A stretch of DNA of 64,000 bases, taken from the NCBI RefSeq assembly GCF_964355755.1, contig NC_092675.1, forward strand, positions 2,971,812 to 3,035,811. Reading direction: 5' to 3'. Of this stretch, positions 48,769 to 62,331 are shown piece after piece. The translations under genes were made by a program, and so were the position numbers. The notes beneath the pieces are model-generated. The model made no database searches. It was not told where the DNA came from and worked only from the letters and a program-made list of their open reading frames with translations. This DNA comes from Antedon mediterranea. Its lineage: Eukaryota > Animalia > Echinodermata. The stretch's first letter is position 1. Each line of letters opens with the position of its first letter.

Positions 48769-50112
48769 ATATTTGTGTCTATCTTCATGTCAGTGTGCGT
48801 TTTGAAGTAAACCTTCAAAGCATCCTCTGTCTGATTTTCGTCGCCCTTTTTTGAATTGGGTACAAATCTGGTAATGAAACAGATTCTAAACAGATCTAAA
48901 TCATTTTGAATCTGATAAAACAAAAAGTGAGTATCGCCTACTTTAAATATATTCTGGCATTAGCGGTATTTGCAACAAATGCAAACAAGTTTAGATTATG
49001 CAAAAAAGGTAAATCAGTTATGCAAAATACCGTAATAAAATTTCACAACTGGAAATCTAATGAATTATGGTATGTGACCATAAAACATTATTCCAGATGT
49101 TGGATTATATATAACAAAAAGCTTAATTTTTTAAACATTAAATTTCAATGTGTCTATTTTAATAATTAAATATTATATATTTTTGCTCTCTCTAATAAAA
49201 TTCTCCCACCCGCTTATAATACAAGGCACTCGAACAACATAGCTATAAAAAGACCTTTTCCATAAAAATTTATCAAAAAAAGAATGCCACTAGCATTTCA
49301 GTTTCTCTCAACTTCATAAACAATACCATGTGATAGTAGATAGTAGAATACCACATATCCAATGAAAACACAATTAGTGGATTTAAAAACGAATGTCTAT
49401 ACCCTGGATGTAAAGTCTGTTTACAAACAATAAACATTTTCATAAATTAAAATTTTAAAAATTTCCTTGAACTTTGCTTGATATTATTTCCTGTAGAAAC
49501 AAATTGTAACAACTTATAGTTCTGATGTGTTCTTATGTGAGAGAATAAATTAGTTGTCAAGGTGGAAATAATAGTGATCATATTTGCCTGACTTATTGAT
49601 AAGTATTGGTAAATTTAGAAATTATGATGTCATGAACAATGATTGACAATCAATTACTCACACTCCTTTTGATATTTCTCTTAGGTGTCACTAGAGTGAG
49701 CATTATTGACAGCAATATGAGTGTGTTTAAAATCTAGAAGATCTTCTAAGTTATATTGCAGGAGAAGAGTAGAATATCTGGTAACTCAATGATAATGTAG
49801 TCTGATAAATTAGTCAACAAATACCTGCAGAATGCAGGATGAGAATGGCAAAAATAGATGTCAGGATCATTCTTGTGTGTGTGAATTTTCAGCAATAGCT
49901 GAGAGATTGTAATTTTTTTTTGCGGTATGTTCTATATCGTTTACAACTCTCTTCAGAAAACCCCGCTTTCATCAAGATCAAGATCAAGACCTATGGCCAG
50001 AAGAGATTCAGGAATTAAAACATCGTTTCTAACTTCCAACACCAAATATCAATTTGAGCATATTGATATCAAATTCAATAATTAACTGGTACCTTGATAT
50101 CAATCTGGTGGT

Positions 50113-53100
50113 TCAGATACTCTGCGCATGGCGTGCTCTACCGGACGCCCGTGGTTCCATTTCCAAAGACAATGCGTACAGTTCATCATCGTCTAGTATC
50201 CGCTTTGAATCTGTCAAGTAGTGGATAACCTTTAAAAGAATTCAAAAACAAAATGTTTAGTTATACAATGTGTGAAATACCATCCAGAATGAAAGCTTTC
50301 TGTCACTACTTCTGTGAGGTTCATTATTCTTATTATTTATTTTCTTCTTCTTTCTTCTCTACACATAAAGCAAATTCATTCACTGTCCTTCTCAGAGGTG
50401 GCAGCATGTTCACAAGACAAACATACACACAAGATGTTCTATTTTGGAAGTAGAGTTGATTGTAAAATCATAAGAAAAAATGCATCTGACAGGATTTTAA
50501 CACAGGATCCTGAGATCAGTAGACAAGAATCTTGAGCACTAAACTTCACTTCTCCTATGTTATTACGTTTTACCTTATGATCTGGCTCAACTTTGTATGG
50601 AGTTTGTTGAAAGTGTCGAATCTCTCTTATAACATGAGCTATCTGTATATCAAAAAACAGTAAATTCAATGTAAAACTCTGTCTACACCCTCAAATTAAT
50701 TTGTCAAAAAAAAGTGTGATGTGCCCAAATATGGTAGTGATATGACATCATCACCATGTCTATATATGGGCACATCATATTTTTTTTTGTCACATAAAGT
50801 TTGGTAGTGTAGACAGAGCTTAAGACTACAGAAATATTCACATAGAATCAAGTCTACATATGCAATATTATTTAAAGGTTTGATGTTGAAGTTACGTTTA
50901 CAGTATACCATGTGTTTTTATGACGGTTGTTCATATTATGTTATGGTGCACATGGCCAATTATGGTTATTTCAAATATAAATGTACTGTAAGCTAAAAAA
51001 CTGTTCACATTTAAAACAATGTTCACCTACCATTCTCATCTTGGAGAAATTTATGAGTTGATTATCGCTAATGTTTGGTGTTCCATCCTCAATAAAGGCA
51101 AGGTCAGTCAGGTAACAGCCCAGGTAAGGCACACACGGCGGGTCAATTCTAAAATCAATCCGTCAATTAATCAATCAGTCATAATCAATCATTAAATCAA
51201 TTCCAATCAATAATCGATTATTTATTATAAATCAACAAAACCATTTTGTTGTTTGTCAAGTTGCAATTCTTTACTCAAACTAACCTGTGTAATGCTTCTC
51301 TCATGTTCTTGAAGCGTCCATCAGAAGACACTAGAATCTGAAGTTTGTCTAATATTGCACGACTCTGAAAAAAGGCCCATATAAAAAAGATCAGACAAAA
51401 ACCTCTGGATAGTTATTTATGTATAACTTATATACAAAATACAATATGAAAACAATATGTACTCATTGTATACTGGCTAACAAATAAATGAACCCAACAG
51501 AACACATCCGTAGCTGAGAAATACTTAGCTTAGTTAAATAATATTTTGGGCCTGAGGTTATCGTCTGTCATGACGGGATTGGGTCATATTTATATGGAAT
51601 ATTTTCATGAGTTGAAAGACTGTTTTATTTATTTTTAAAGCCCTGTCTACACTATCAAAGTGTATGTGACAAAGAAGTGTGATGTGCACAAATATGGTAT
51701 ATGTAGTGATATGTCTTTTGAAAATTATAGGTGTGCTACAAATTACACTCCTCAATACATTCAGGGGTGCTGTAGGTGTGCTGTTTGTATTTTGGTGTGT
51801 AGAAGTTTACCAAATTTAAGCGGGTTGTAAATCGCACTCCACAAGGGCAATTTAAGAGTGTGTTAGGTGAGTGATCACATTTGCTCACATTAAAAGGCCT
51901 GGATATGACATCATCGTGTCCATATTTGGGCACATTACATTTTTTTGTCACATAAAATTTGATAGTGTAGACAGAGCTTAACAACCAACCAATAGTGAAT
52001 GAACTTATACCTTACAGATATTAAAAATAGACAACTACCTGTTTTGTAACTTTGTCCCAGACTTTTTTCAGTCTATACACAGCACTGTTCATAAGTGCTG
52101 ATGTAATCTCAAGTACTCCATTAAAATTATGCATACAACGACACATATCGGCTACAGCGGCCCACTTGTCAATGGCTGCTGCCCGTGCCGACACGGTAGG
52201 TTGCCGAATAATTTCCGAGGACACTAGCTTACTCGTCTGAAACAAATACAATAACTGTATGGTTATTTGTTTTATTTCAATTAGATTTTTTTTTTTTTCT
52301 GGAAATCACAATAAAAATCCTTTCCTGCAATATGGTACACTCTGCTCAAATCCTACAGTAATATTTCTAAAGTGTTACAATAAACTGATACAATTATGTC
52401 AGATGTAAGATTTTCAAAACACAAATTAATATTACAATTAACAACTATCATATCTTAACATGGTTAACGAATCATTACTGCAGTTACTGCAGAAACTACA
52501 CTTTTTTTACTGCAATAACTTAGTTTACTTCCAATGTAGAAAAGGGTTAATCAGTAGAATAATAGTAATTATTAAAGAGGAAACGAAACAATATACTGCA
52601 GTAACTGGGGTAGAAATATGTTTACATGGCATGCCTTCTAGTAAAGGTGAGATGAATCTTTTACCTCATTAAATTGACGAATAACCGCTAAAATATGTGG
52701 AGCCTTTGTCTCTTTCTGATTCTTCATCCATGCTTGGTTCAAAAACTCCCTTAAAAAAACATGAATAGTTATGTTAGAAGTGTCGAAAAAAATGTTTCTT
52801 GAATTAACGGGCAGCTTCAGCTTTAAAATTTCTATTCTTCATTTGTACTCACCAATAAGGAACTTCCACCAGTAGCATGTGATCAATGAAAGTTATTTGT
52901 TCAGCTAAAACAATTGCTGGGATTGACGGATCTTCTAGTGGGACCTCAGGTGCCACGGTCATGAACGTACTCAGCAATGAGGGCGGTACAATAACTTGCT
53001 GGTTTAATTGCCTAAAGTATAAAAAAATATCTATGAAAACATTGGCTATTTGCACGTAAAGACAAAAAGAAGGGAGAGAGTTACTTTTAATACCCACCAG

Positions 53101-56100
53101 AAATACAAAATAATGAAATAAACATGGCTGCTCTTATACGTACAGACCATACAAAATTGTTTTTTTTTAAGTGATGTGAAAGGGTATTAGTAACTTACAT
53201 GGTCAATATCACAGATTTAAGTTACATATTTTTAATGCTCTGTCTACATTATCAAACTTTATGTGACAAAACAATTTGATGCGTGCTGATATATGCACCA
53301 CATTTTTGTCAAACTACAATAGTTTGATAGTGTGGACAGAGCTTAAGAATATTACTGTACCTCAGAACTGAAACAGCACTCTTGTGTTCTGTAGGCAGTA
53401 AGTTGATGTTTCCTGAGATTTCTTCAAGAAATTCAATAACAGCACATTTCAGTTTCTCATCACTTACAAAATCCTAAAGAAATAAACAAAAATTACTAAA
53501 GCACAACAATTATATTTATATTTTATTTATACTTGTAATGTTTGAACATTTATAGATTTCTGCAGCATGACGTCACAACGATAGATGGCGCTGAGAGGTT
53601 GCTAGCGCAACCAAAAATGCGTTAAGCACTACTATGTTGATAAACTATTTAGATTTGTATTTGTATCAAATTATGTATCTTAGCTTGATTTTTTTTAACT
53701 TAAACTGTAGTTGAAGAATAAATAGTTATTAAAAACAAATACGTATTTAGTGACCTTTTGAAATTTTAGTTTGTTTTTATTGAAAATTATTAAGTTTTAA
53801 AATGACTACTTCAATAAGCATATTCCAAACCATTGGTGACCTTGGAGTCACTCAGACAGGTTGAACGCATTTTGCGCTAGAAACCATGCAGTGCCACCTA
53901 CCATCGTGATGTCAGCACTGCAGAACTCTACAGTATCATAGTCCTGTTATCTATTTTTTAAATACTTTTAAACAATACTACCTTTTTAAATGTTTTTGGT
54001 TTGATTTCTCATTTTCCTTTTTTTTCTTTTATTTAGTTAATTATTTATAAATTCTAAATTTTATTTTTAATTGTTAGTATATTTTTATGTTATTGGACCA
54101 CGCTTGTTAAATATTGTTGAAATAAATAAAAATTATTAAACATAATAATTGTAATAATCAATCATACAGAATAATGTCAACATGCATATTTTATAGTATT
54201 GTTTATTTAGTCATAATAAAAGGTTACTTACATAATTGAACAATCATTATTGAATTAATAATTGAATTTTGATGACATTGAAAGTGGTTATATCATTATT
54301 ATATTAAATATTGATTAGCCAAACTGTATAATTATCTTTATTTAGTCAAATTACATATGTCACTTTACATAAATTGAATTAATGTATTAATTATACAGTA
54401 ATACTATGTAATTCATTATGGTTTAGAATGCATTGTTGCTAAATCATATTTGTTGTGTATTAAAATCAAAATGCTCGTTAAAGATGTATTGTCCTTCAAA
54501 AACATGAAAAATAAAAATTATTAAAATTTGACCTTGAATTAGTAGTAGTTTTAACAAAGTTAATCACTTTCGTAGAAAAAAAATCCCAAAAAAATAACGT
54601 TTTCACTTTATAATATAAAATGACAAAATAAACAGTTAAATTCAACTAAAAACCCATTGGCTGGCAGCCAATTTGACTATTTTTTGCTTTAAATTACAGT
54701 TTTTTCAGGTAAATAATTTTTTTTCTGATCCAATTTTTGGTCAAAGTGAATAACTATTATGTGACATTAAAATGGCATAGTCAACAAACAAATCTCAAAA
54801 AATTATTTTTTTCAGAGGGACAATACATCTTTAAAGTGTATTAAAAATCAACATGCACAAAATTAGCAAACCTGGGGAAACTTGGATACCCAGTGTCTGA
54901 TAACGTTAATAACTCGCACAGTTGCCGCTGAACTGAGAACCTCACGACTCATGTGTGTTTGAAGTTTACCAGGTCCTGGAGAGGTAGAGTGCGTGTTAGT
55001 AAATGTTAAAACATAAAGCTCTGTCTACACTATATATATGGACATGACATATTTGGGCATATCACCAACATATTTGGCCATATCACTACCATATTTAGGC
55101 ATATCACCACCATATTTGGGCACATCACACTTTTTTGTCAAACTAGTGTATGATACTTCTGCTGTTATTAACAGCAATTATTAACAATACAAGCAATTTC
55201 TGAGTGTATGTTCTCAAAATTAAAAACCGGATTCTTTTTTTAGAATTTACTTCCGAAGTTTGTGATAAAGCTGTAACCCCTTTTTCCCAGTGCAATTGAT
55301 GGTAAATAGCATACTCCATACTGTAGCTCATGACGTTATTTCCTCCTTTTGAGAGAAAAAAGAATTCTATAAAAAATTCTTGCTACAGGCTTGTATACGA
55401 CATTGCCGAAAAATATGGAGACAAAGAATGGAAAATACTTTCGAAAAATAAACGTCTGGACATATTGTAAATAGAAACACAATTAGTATATGTATTGTAA
55501 TTAATTATTAAATATTAATTTTTATTAAAAGACTTGCAATAATATTATTTATCAATAAATACATTTTAGTATGTCAGCAAATCCATGCATATGTTAATGA
55601 AATACAATACTTACTTCCACGGTTACGAACAATGGCGCGAGATTGTAAACGTGGTGGCAAGCTAGATCCAGCAGTGGCAGCAGCAAACGCAGTAGCAGCT
55701 GTAGAGGAACTTGAACGCCTTGTAGACTGTCTTGACGATGTGACTACCACACCTGCTGATGCGGTCTGGCCCGGTGGAGATGTACTGAAGCAGTGCATCT
55801 TTGTGTTTTTAGGTGATGCAGGTGCAGGGTCTGTTAATGAAAACCAGAGAGGTGTAAAAAGCCAAAAGCTAGAGGGCATACTCCAGACTGAAAAGTGATT
55901 CCAACTTTTTGAACTGTGATAACATTGCAGTTTGCTATCTAGCCTTCAGCTACTGTATATAAAATCTTTGATAAAAACACATGTACTATTAGACCCTATC
56001 TACACTTACGATTTGGGTCATTCAAGGGTCGCCAATCAGTATTAGTGTAAACACTCTATAAAGTTAGGTCAGCCCTGGGCCAGATGCAGATCTAGATCAC

Positions 56101-59100
56101 CTCTCAAATAGGTCCAGGAGTGGTCAGCTTATGCAGTGAACCGTGACCAATTGCTTGAGAAAATGAAGTAAATAAATCTTCAGGGCTGTCGTTTTGAACG
56201 CAGGTGTAAACACGCTGGATAGGGGCCCAGACGATTAATTTTGACCCGATTCTTGGCCGGTCCAGGATCCCATCATAAGTGTAAATGGGGGTCTTACATT
56301 ACAAATACAGTAGATTATTTAAAACATACTTAATGCACTGTATTTTATGTAATTATAATTTCTGCAGGGGCTATGTGATTACCTGTTGCTATTTTCCTGG
56401 GTATCTAATTAATTTTTTTTTTTCAAACGTTTCTAAAAATGTCAGTGAATACAACTCACCTGATTTGTTGACTAATGCTGCAATGTTTGGCGCAGACCTA
56501 CTAGCAGTTAGAACTCTCTTGGGTACAAGCATACTAGTGGATTTGGCCGAAGACCTCATCATTGTTTTAACTGGGCTGTCAGGTGGACTAGGCTGGTCTG
56601 GAGATGTTGGTGATTCTGGTGGTGTACATGCTAGTTGCTTCTTATCCAGAATTCCACCGCTCTCCTCTAAAACACGTTCAGCTGTAGCAAATAAAGGGTT
56701 TAGTGAAATATTGTGCTGAAAATGTCTTTCAAAAGATTTCAGTGTTAGGATGCAGGCAGGTAAAAAAAACAATGACTAGGGTTTGCTGATCATCTTAACC
56801 ACAAACCTAAAGATAATTGGATAATAAACTTTAACTTCTACAATACCTCTGTAAATACTAGATGGTCTAATTCACTAACAGTGCCCTCTATAGTAATAAC
56901 ATCTAATGAAAATCAGGACACATTACTTGTGACGTAACACGATCTAATTCTTTATTCTTCAGTATGATGATTGACGGAGGGGCTAAAATCCCTCGAGCAA
57001 CATTACTAAAATTGATGAGTCTTACAAACTCTTACATAGCCTTACATTACACTGTTTTCCTAATCTTTATAATGCCCACAGTAGTAATAACTGGTTCGCT
57101 CATTTACTTTTATCTTTAAGCGTTCATCGATCAGTTCTTGTAAAGGTTGATCTGAAATCAGTCTGTTCATCGTACGACCTAATTGTCTTTAATCCTCACT
57201 TAAAATAGCTTTTGAAATTTGCATATCAAAATAGTTTAATGTTTTTATATTTGTATATTGAAGACCCATGAGAATTAAATATTGACTTTTTTTTCAGGAC
57301 TGTATTTACATTTTTAAGAAGTGCTTTAATAAATGTATCATCGTTTATCATTTGACATAATGAAACCAATAATGATTTTGTACATTTGTTTTTGACTGTA
57401 TTCCTAAGCAGGTAGCTGCACTATTTCCTTCAAATAATATTAAATCTGTATCCTATTTTATATAATTTATACAACCACATTTAATAAAATGATTGTATAC
57501 TAACGAATTCATTTCATTTATTTATTCTACCAGCAACAAAGCACAATGGTCAGGGGCAACTAAAGCAAAACAATTACTATAACTCAAAGAGTCAGCTGTG
57601 TATTAGTATGCAGTGGTTAGGTAGATTTACGTTAATGTTATCGGTGTTGTTTTAAATGTTGCTGAAATCAACAAAATAACACAATAAAACTTAATACTGT
57701 ACATAGTCAATCTTAATAGTTTATAGTAGACCTTTGATATTTATATATATCACTTGAATAGGCGTTGGCTATAATGTTAAAACATATATTTTCCATCGCT
57801 CACTTAACAGACAAGTGAACCATGTCCCTAAATATAAGTGTTCCCTGAATAAGGTTTCAATTCAATTCAAAGAACATTTATTAACGTCAAAAAGACAAAA
57901 ACAAAAATAGCAAGAGATAATTTAGAAAATGGACGAAGGCAGATCCCAGAAAGATGTGAATCTTGTGACGCGATTGCTTTACAAATTAATTAAAAATATA
58001 TATAATTATAAAAAAAAATAAATAAAAAATATGTTTATAAATTAAATAAAAATAAAGAAATAAAATAAAAATGAATATAATACCAGTAGATAAAAGTTTG
58101 AAAAATAAAGTAGAAAAAAGTTTGAAAAATAAAGTAAAAATGATGAGCAGAAAAAAGTACAGCTGCAGGGCATAGTAATGAATAAGATGACAAAATGAAA
58201 AAATTAAATCTAGCAAGTCACAGAACATGAAACAACGACCTTATATAAATGTCTTGTTCTCTACTTACATTTCTTGAAACTTTTCCTAAATGGATGATTC
58301 CGTGCACTTGTGTTAGATTCAAATACTCTGGGCTTACTAGTATCCGTAGATGGCGTTACAACAGTGATGCCAGTTGGTGATTTCGGTGTGATGGTCAGAG
58401 GTGATTTAGGACCTCCATTTACCTCTGGAGTTTGTGGTAGCTTTCTGGGGCTTGCAGGCTGTTCACACACACTAAAAACCAGTATTAAAATTACAACAAA
58501 TATTCCATTGTCTAACACGAATAAATAGTATACAAGAATACAAATAATGTTTGAATATGAATTAAATTTTCTCCAGATTCAACAATACCTTTTCATACAT
58601 AATTGTATAGTTTTATGCCTTTTTATGCAATTATTTCTTATTTCTTCATGATTTTCATGTATGAGCGATCAAGCTAACACTGCAATTTGTGATAGAGCAA
58701 GTAAATATATAAATACTACTAAATCCAGTATGTTATTTTAAAATGTGTAGTAAGATTACTTAATGATGTGATGTTTATGCCGTATTGTTTTAGCATTAGT
58801 TATAGATAATAAGCGTCCTAAGATTTGCTAGTATTATATAATGATTGACTTGTGTTGTGTTATGTTTTCTTATAAATAAATCCTTACTTATCCAGTTTTT
58901 GTTAAAAAAATAACTTTGACTTCCAGTCAAAGTTTTCAATCAAAACATATCCCATAATGAAACGCGCTTGTTTTGCTACTCTGTATGCATAATCATAAAA
59001 CTTCCTCATGATCTGTGTGAAAATACCTTCTTAACCGTGACGAGTTGTAAACAATCCTAATATAGCATATGCATAATGCGTACTCATGGTTTGAAATCTT

Positions 59101-60747
59101 TGTTTACTTTCGCTCGTGACGATTTTCCAGATGAAATGTAATCAAGCTAATTTACCTGTTAATTACGTAAACCTGTTGTTTTTGGCTCAAATTTTCGACT
59201 TAAAGTGAATAACTTTAATATTACTTTGATATGGCCACTTTAAATTTAGAATATTTTGACCTTCATTTTTTTGTGTTTCAAGGGACAATACATGATAGGG
59301 TACATAACTACTGTACATTTTTTTATAAACTGCCATTCTACCTGCACAACATTCAGTATAAAGCAAACCATTGAGTTTAGTGTAAAATTAATTTTAGTTC
59401 TAATTTAATATTTAAAACTACAAGTGGACATACTGTAATTTCTAATCGAATCAAAAATATTTTATTAGAGTCAACAGGTATTTTTTTTTATTTATTTATT
59501 CTTTCTTTATTCTGCAGGCACTTTCAGTACTAGTGCACTGATTTCCAAAGTGGTACAGTAATTGAAAATATAACAAACATAATAAAATAAAGACAAAGAG
59601 TATATTGAAATATACATTAAAAATAGCAATCAATTTTAGAAAACAAAAAATTCAGTTAAAAATGTTGAGTACTAATTGTATTTTGGAATGAAGTTATTGA
59701 AAAATCTTTAAAGTTAATTTTTAATTCATTGGGAAGTTCATTCCAGCTTTTAGATGAACGATAAGTAAAGGTTTTTTTGCCTTGACAAATATTCCAGGTG
59801 GGGACAACTAAATTGTTATGGCTTTGGCTTCGTGTGCCTTTAGAATGGGTAGTGTTATTAAAAGTCAATTTTGAGGTCAAATATGGAGGAGCACACCCCT
59901 ATTAAACACTTGAAAGTCATTAATAATAATTTTTCATTCCAGAGTACATTTAGTCTTAATCAAATTTATTATTAAAGAGAGACATTACTTGAACCCTCAA
60001 TATGTGGTCTAATAAAGGACGTCTTTAATTAAAAGAAGATATGGTGTCTATTTATAATTATGAATTGGAATGTTTCAAAAATTCATGCATCGGTAATATG
60101 TAGTTACAATTATATTCAATTGATTTGAGAATTGTACTTATGTTACATTCTAAGTGAAGACAATATTAAGTCTGACTGTATAATATTACAATACGGTATG
60201 CCTAATTGTGTAATGCTATACACTGTATCTATATCATTACATGTCTACTAATACCGTCATCAATAATTTCAATGATCGCCGCATTTTATCACGTATAGTC
60301 ATGTCTATTATATTCCGTTTGATTGATTTATCGAACTTTAATTGCTACATCCAACCCTGGTAATGTTAATTAATGTTATGTCTACACTGTTATTTAATAG
60401 CGTCTGAGAGTGGTAATGTTACTCAATGTTAATTACCTCAGCGACGGATCGCTCACGACTTTTGTAAAAGTGTAAATTTACAACGTTATACTTACTTGAG
60501 TAGTCTTTCCGCAGAATCTGGGTTACGATAGACGTTTTTAAGCGTCTCGAGAACTTTATCCCACGAACTAAAGATGCGGTACGTCAACAGGAATGTGTTT
60601 AGAAAATCTATACTAAGGAAGCGCAGATCTGTTAAACGCTCTACCAACCGATCGAAGGTCGCATACCGAATTTGAGGCACTTTACACGAGTTCAGCATCT
60701 TACTAAAGCGGATGTCGATGTCATCTTTGAACAGACGTGTATCAGAT
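50113..60747 (-). CDS. RASGRF: Ras-specific guanine nucleotide-releasing factor (RasGRF), 3' 13 exons covering the split REM and CDC25 domains; the 5' part is off the right edge
   Basis: Phase-consistent GT-AG exons: 60496-60747 ([29 protein letters not shown]...[17 protein letters not shown], RasGRF-specific), 58269-58471, 56460-56681, 55615-55830, 54872-54975 ([12 protein letters not shown]), 53361-53473, 52853-53011 (LAEQIT), 52665-52749, 52039-52236, 51285-51364 ([11 protein letters not shown]), 51031-51148 ([21 protein letters not shown]), 50574-50642, 50113-50229 (SLEMEPR...TGA). Confidence 0.93.
50675..50820. mobile_element. MITE family A, copy 5, TAA TSD
   Basis: TAA-AACTCTGTCTACAC ... 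GTGTAGACAGAGCT-TAA. Confidence 0.85.
51639..51978. mobile_element. MITE family A, copy 6, TAA TSD, with a nested insertion of about 186 bp
   Basis: TAA-AGCCCTGTCTACAC ... GTGTAGACAGAGCT-TAA, with foreign sequence at 51716-51901. Confidence 0.8.
53236..53343. mobile_element. MITE family A, copy 7, TAA TSD
   Basis: TAA-TGCTCTGTCTACATTATCAAAC ... TTTGATAGTGTGGACAGAGCT-TAA. Confidence 0.8.
53553..53930. mobile_element. MITE with imperfect TIRs of about 70 bp
   Basis: TAGATTTCTGCAGCATGACGTCACAACGATAGATGGCGCTG is inverted with CAGTGCCACCTACCATCGTGATGTCAGCACTGCAGAACTCTA. Confidence 0.7.
54482..54830. mobile_element. MITE family B (Kolobok-like), inverted relative to the 19705 copy
   Basis: TTAA-AGATGTATTGTCC ... 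GGGACAATACATCT-TTAA, sharing internal CCATTGGCTGGCAGCCAATTTGAC. Confidence 0.85.
55017..55150. mobile_element. MITE family A, copy 8 (right end damaged)
   Basis: TAA-AGCTCTGTCTACAC followed by about 4 CATATCAC.ACCATATTT.GG subrepeats. Confidence 0.7.
55992..56293. mobile_element. PIF/Harbinger-like MITE with TTA TSD
   Basis: TTA-GACCCTATCTACACTTACGAT ... ATCATAAGTGTAAATGGGGGTC-TTA. Confidence 0.75.
59480..59950 (-). mobile_element. 3' fragment of a CR1/L2-group LINE
   Basis: [24 protein letters not shown] with upstream VFNRG-APPY-like residues, then a 3' UTR with an AATAAA-rich tail. Confidence 0.75.
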
Positions 60748-62331
60748 CTATTTCATTAAATTTATAGCATAGTTATAAAAATGTTAGAAATTATGATTTG
60801 AAATTATCCATATACCATTATAATAAAGATAATTATTTTTACAAGATAAAATTTAATAATAGTAATAAAAAAACAAATGTACTTTAATAGTATATATAAA
60901 ATAGGCAAATACAAATAGTATAAAATAAAGTCAATATTAAACCAGTGTACTAACAGTATACTAAAAAGATAATACAATAATAAATAATATTAAAAAGAGA
61001 CTTATTGTAAATATATTTCCATACTGTATGATAAAGGAATATTGTTCTGTGTAAAAAAACCCAAACCAGATGCATATGAAAACCATCATCGGTAATGTTC
61101 TAAAAAATACTTAAATTAGCATTCATAAACATTTGCATGATTTATATATATATATTTATATAGTATTTGTAGTAGCTTAAAAGACATCTGTGAAAATTAT
61201 GTAAAAATAATATGAAACGAATAAAAATAGATCAAACCAAAAATAAATCAGAGTAAACTCATGTTTTACTTTTCAATAATATGTCTATAATTTAGAAAAT
61301 TGATTAGTGGGAAATAACAAAGCTTGGTTCCCACTAGCATGCAATGCAAGGACTATGCTGAAACATAAGTGTATTGACTACAAAAGACAGTACGCTTTTG
61401 ATTGGTAAATTTTCCTGCATTGCGGTTTACATCTTCGTGTTGCATCCTAGTGGATGTTATTTTAGATTGTATATTCATGAAAGAGTGAGCATTGCTCATT
61501 AGACTGAATCTCATGGTACGTGTTAATTTAGAATAATAAAAACAAACAAATATACATATAATAAATTTCATACAATTTTTGGTTTACAATTTTAATAGCT
61601 TTACTCTGATTCTATGGTCTGATCCATCAATGCAAATCATAAAAGGTTGCAATACCTAAGGAGAAGCCGATCATGTGATGGGTCACTCGCAAGACGTCTC
61701 GGTCTACTGCTATTGCTTGGAGGAATGAAAACACAACATGCAAATATTATATACAATGATTAGGCATGCATGGTTTGGAATGATAGAAGCATATTAACAA
61801 CAAAAAAGTGTATGCAGGGATGGATAGAATATGGGTAATGCAATTGAAGCATTGAAAGTGTACTCCATGGAAAAATCTGACTTATGCAATGCTAAATGTA
61901 AATGTAGATATATTATTAATTGAATTAAAACCTCTATGGACGCACAGCAGCCACAGTTCAGTGCCTACCATAATCAACACATCAGTAAATATTTTAGAAA
62001 ATTTTTGAAAATTTTTGTAGTTTTTAACATTTTTTAAATTTGTAAAAATTTTTAAAACTTTTAAATTGTTATTATGCAGGCCTATATCAATATTCTGATG
62101 TTTTCAGTTAAACTTGTTTTTAACATTTTGAATATATATTTATTGTTCTTATAATAAGTGATATTTAATTGTAATTTTGTTTTAATATTTTGATTGTATG
62201 TTCTACCTTTCTAAATGTCTTTTATATTTTTATATTGCATTTTATTGTTCTGAGTGAAACGCTTTTGTTAAACTTCAATCTTTCGTTTGATTGCAATAAA
62301 GTTCTATTCGTATTCGTAGTTTTATAATACT

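Noticed and set aside
56682-56715. Alternative RasGRF acceptor at 56715
   Set aside because: It is phase 0, incompatible with the phase-1 upstream donor. The acceptor at 56681 fits.
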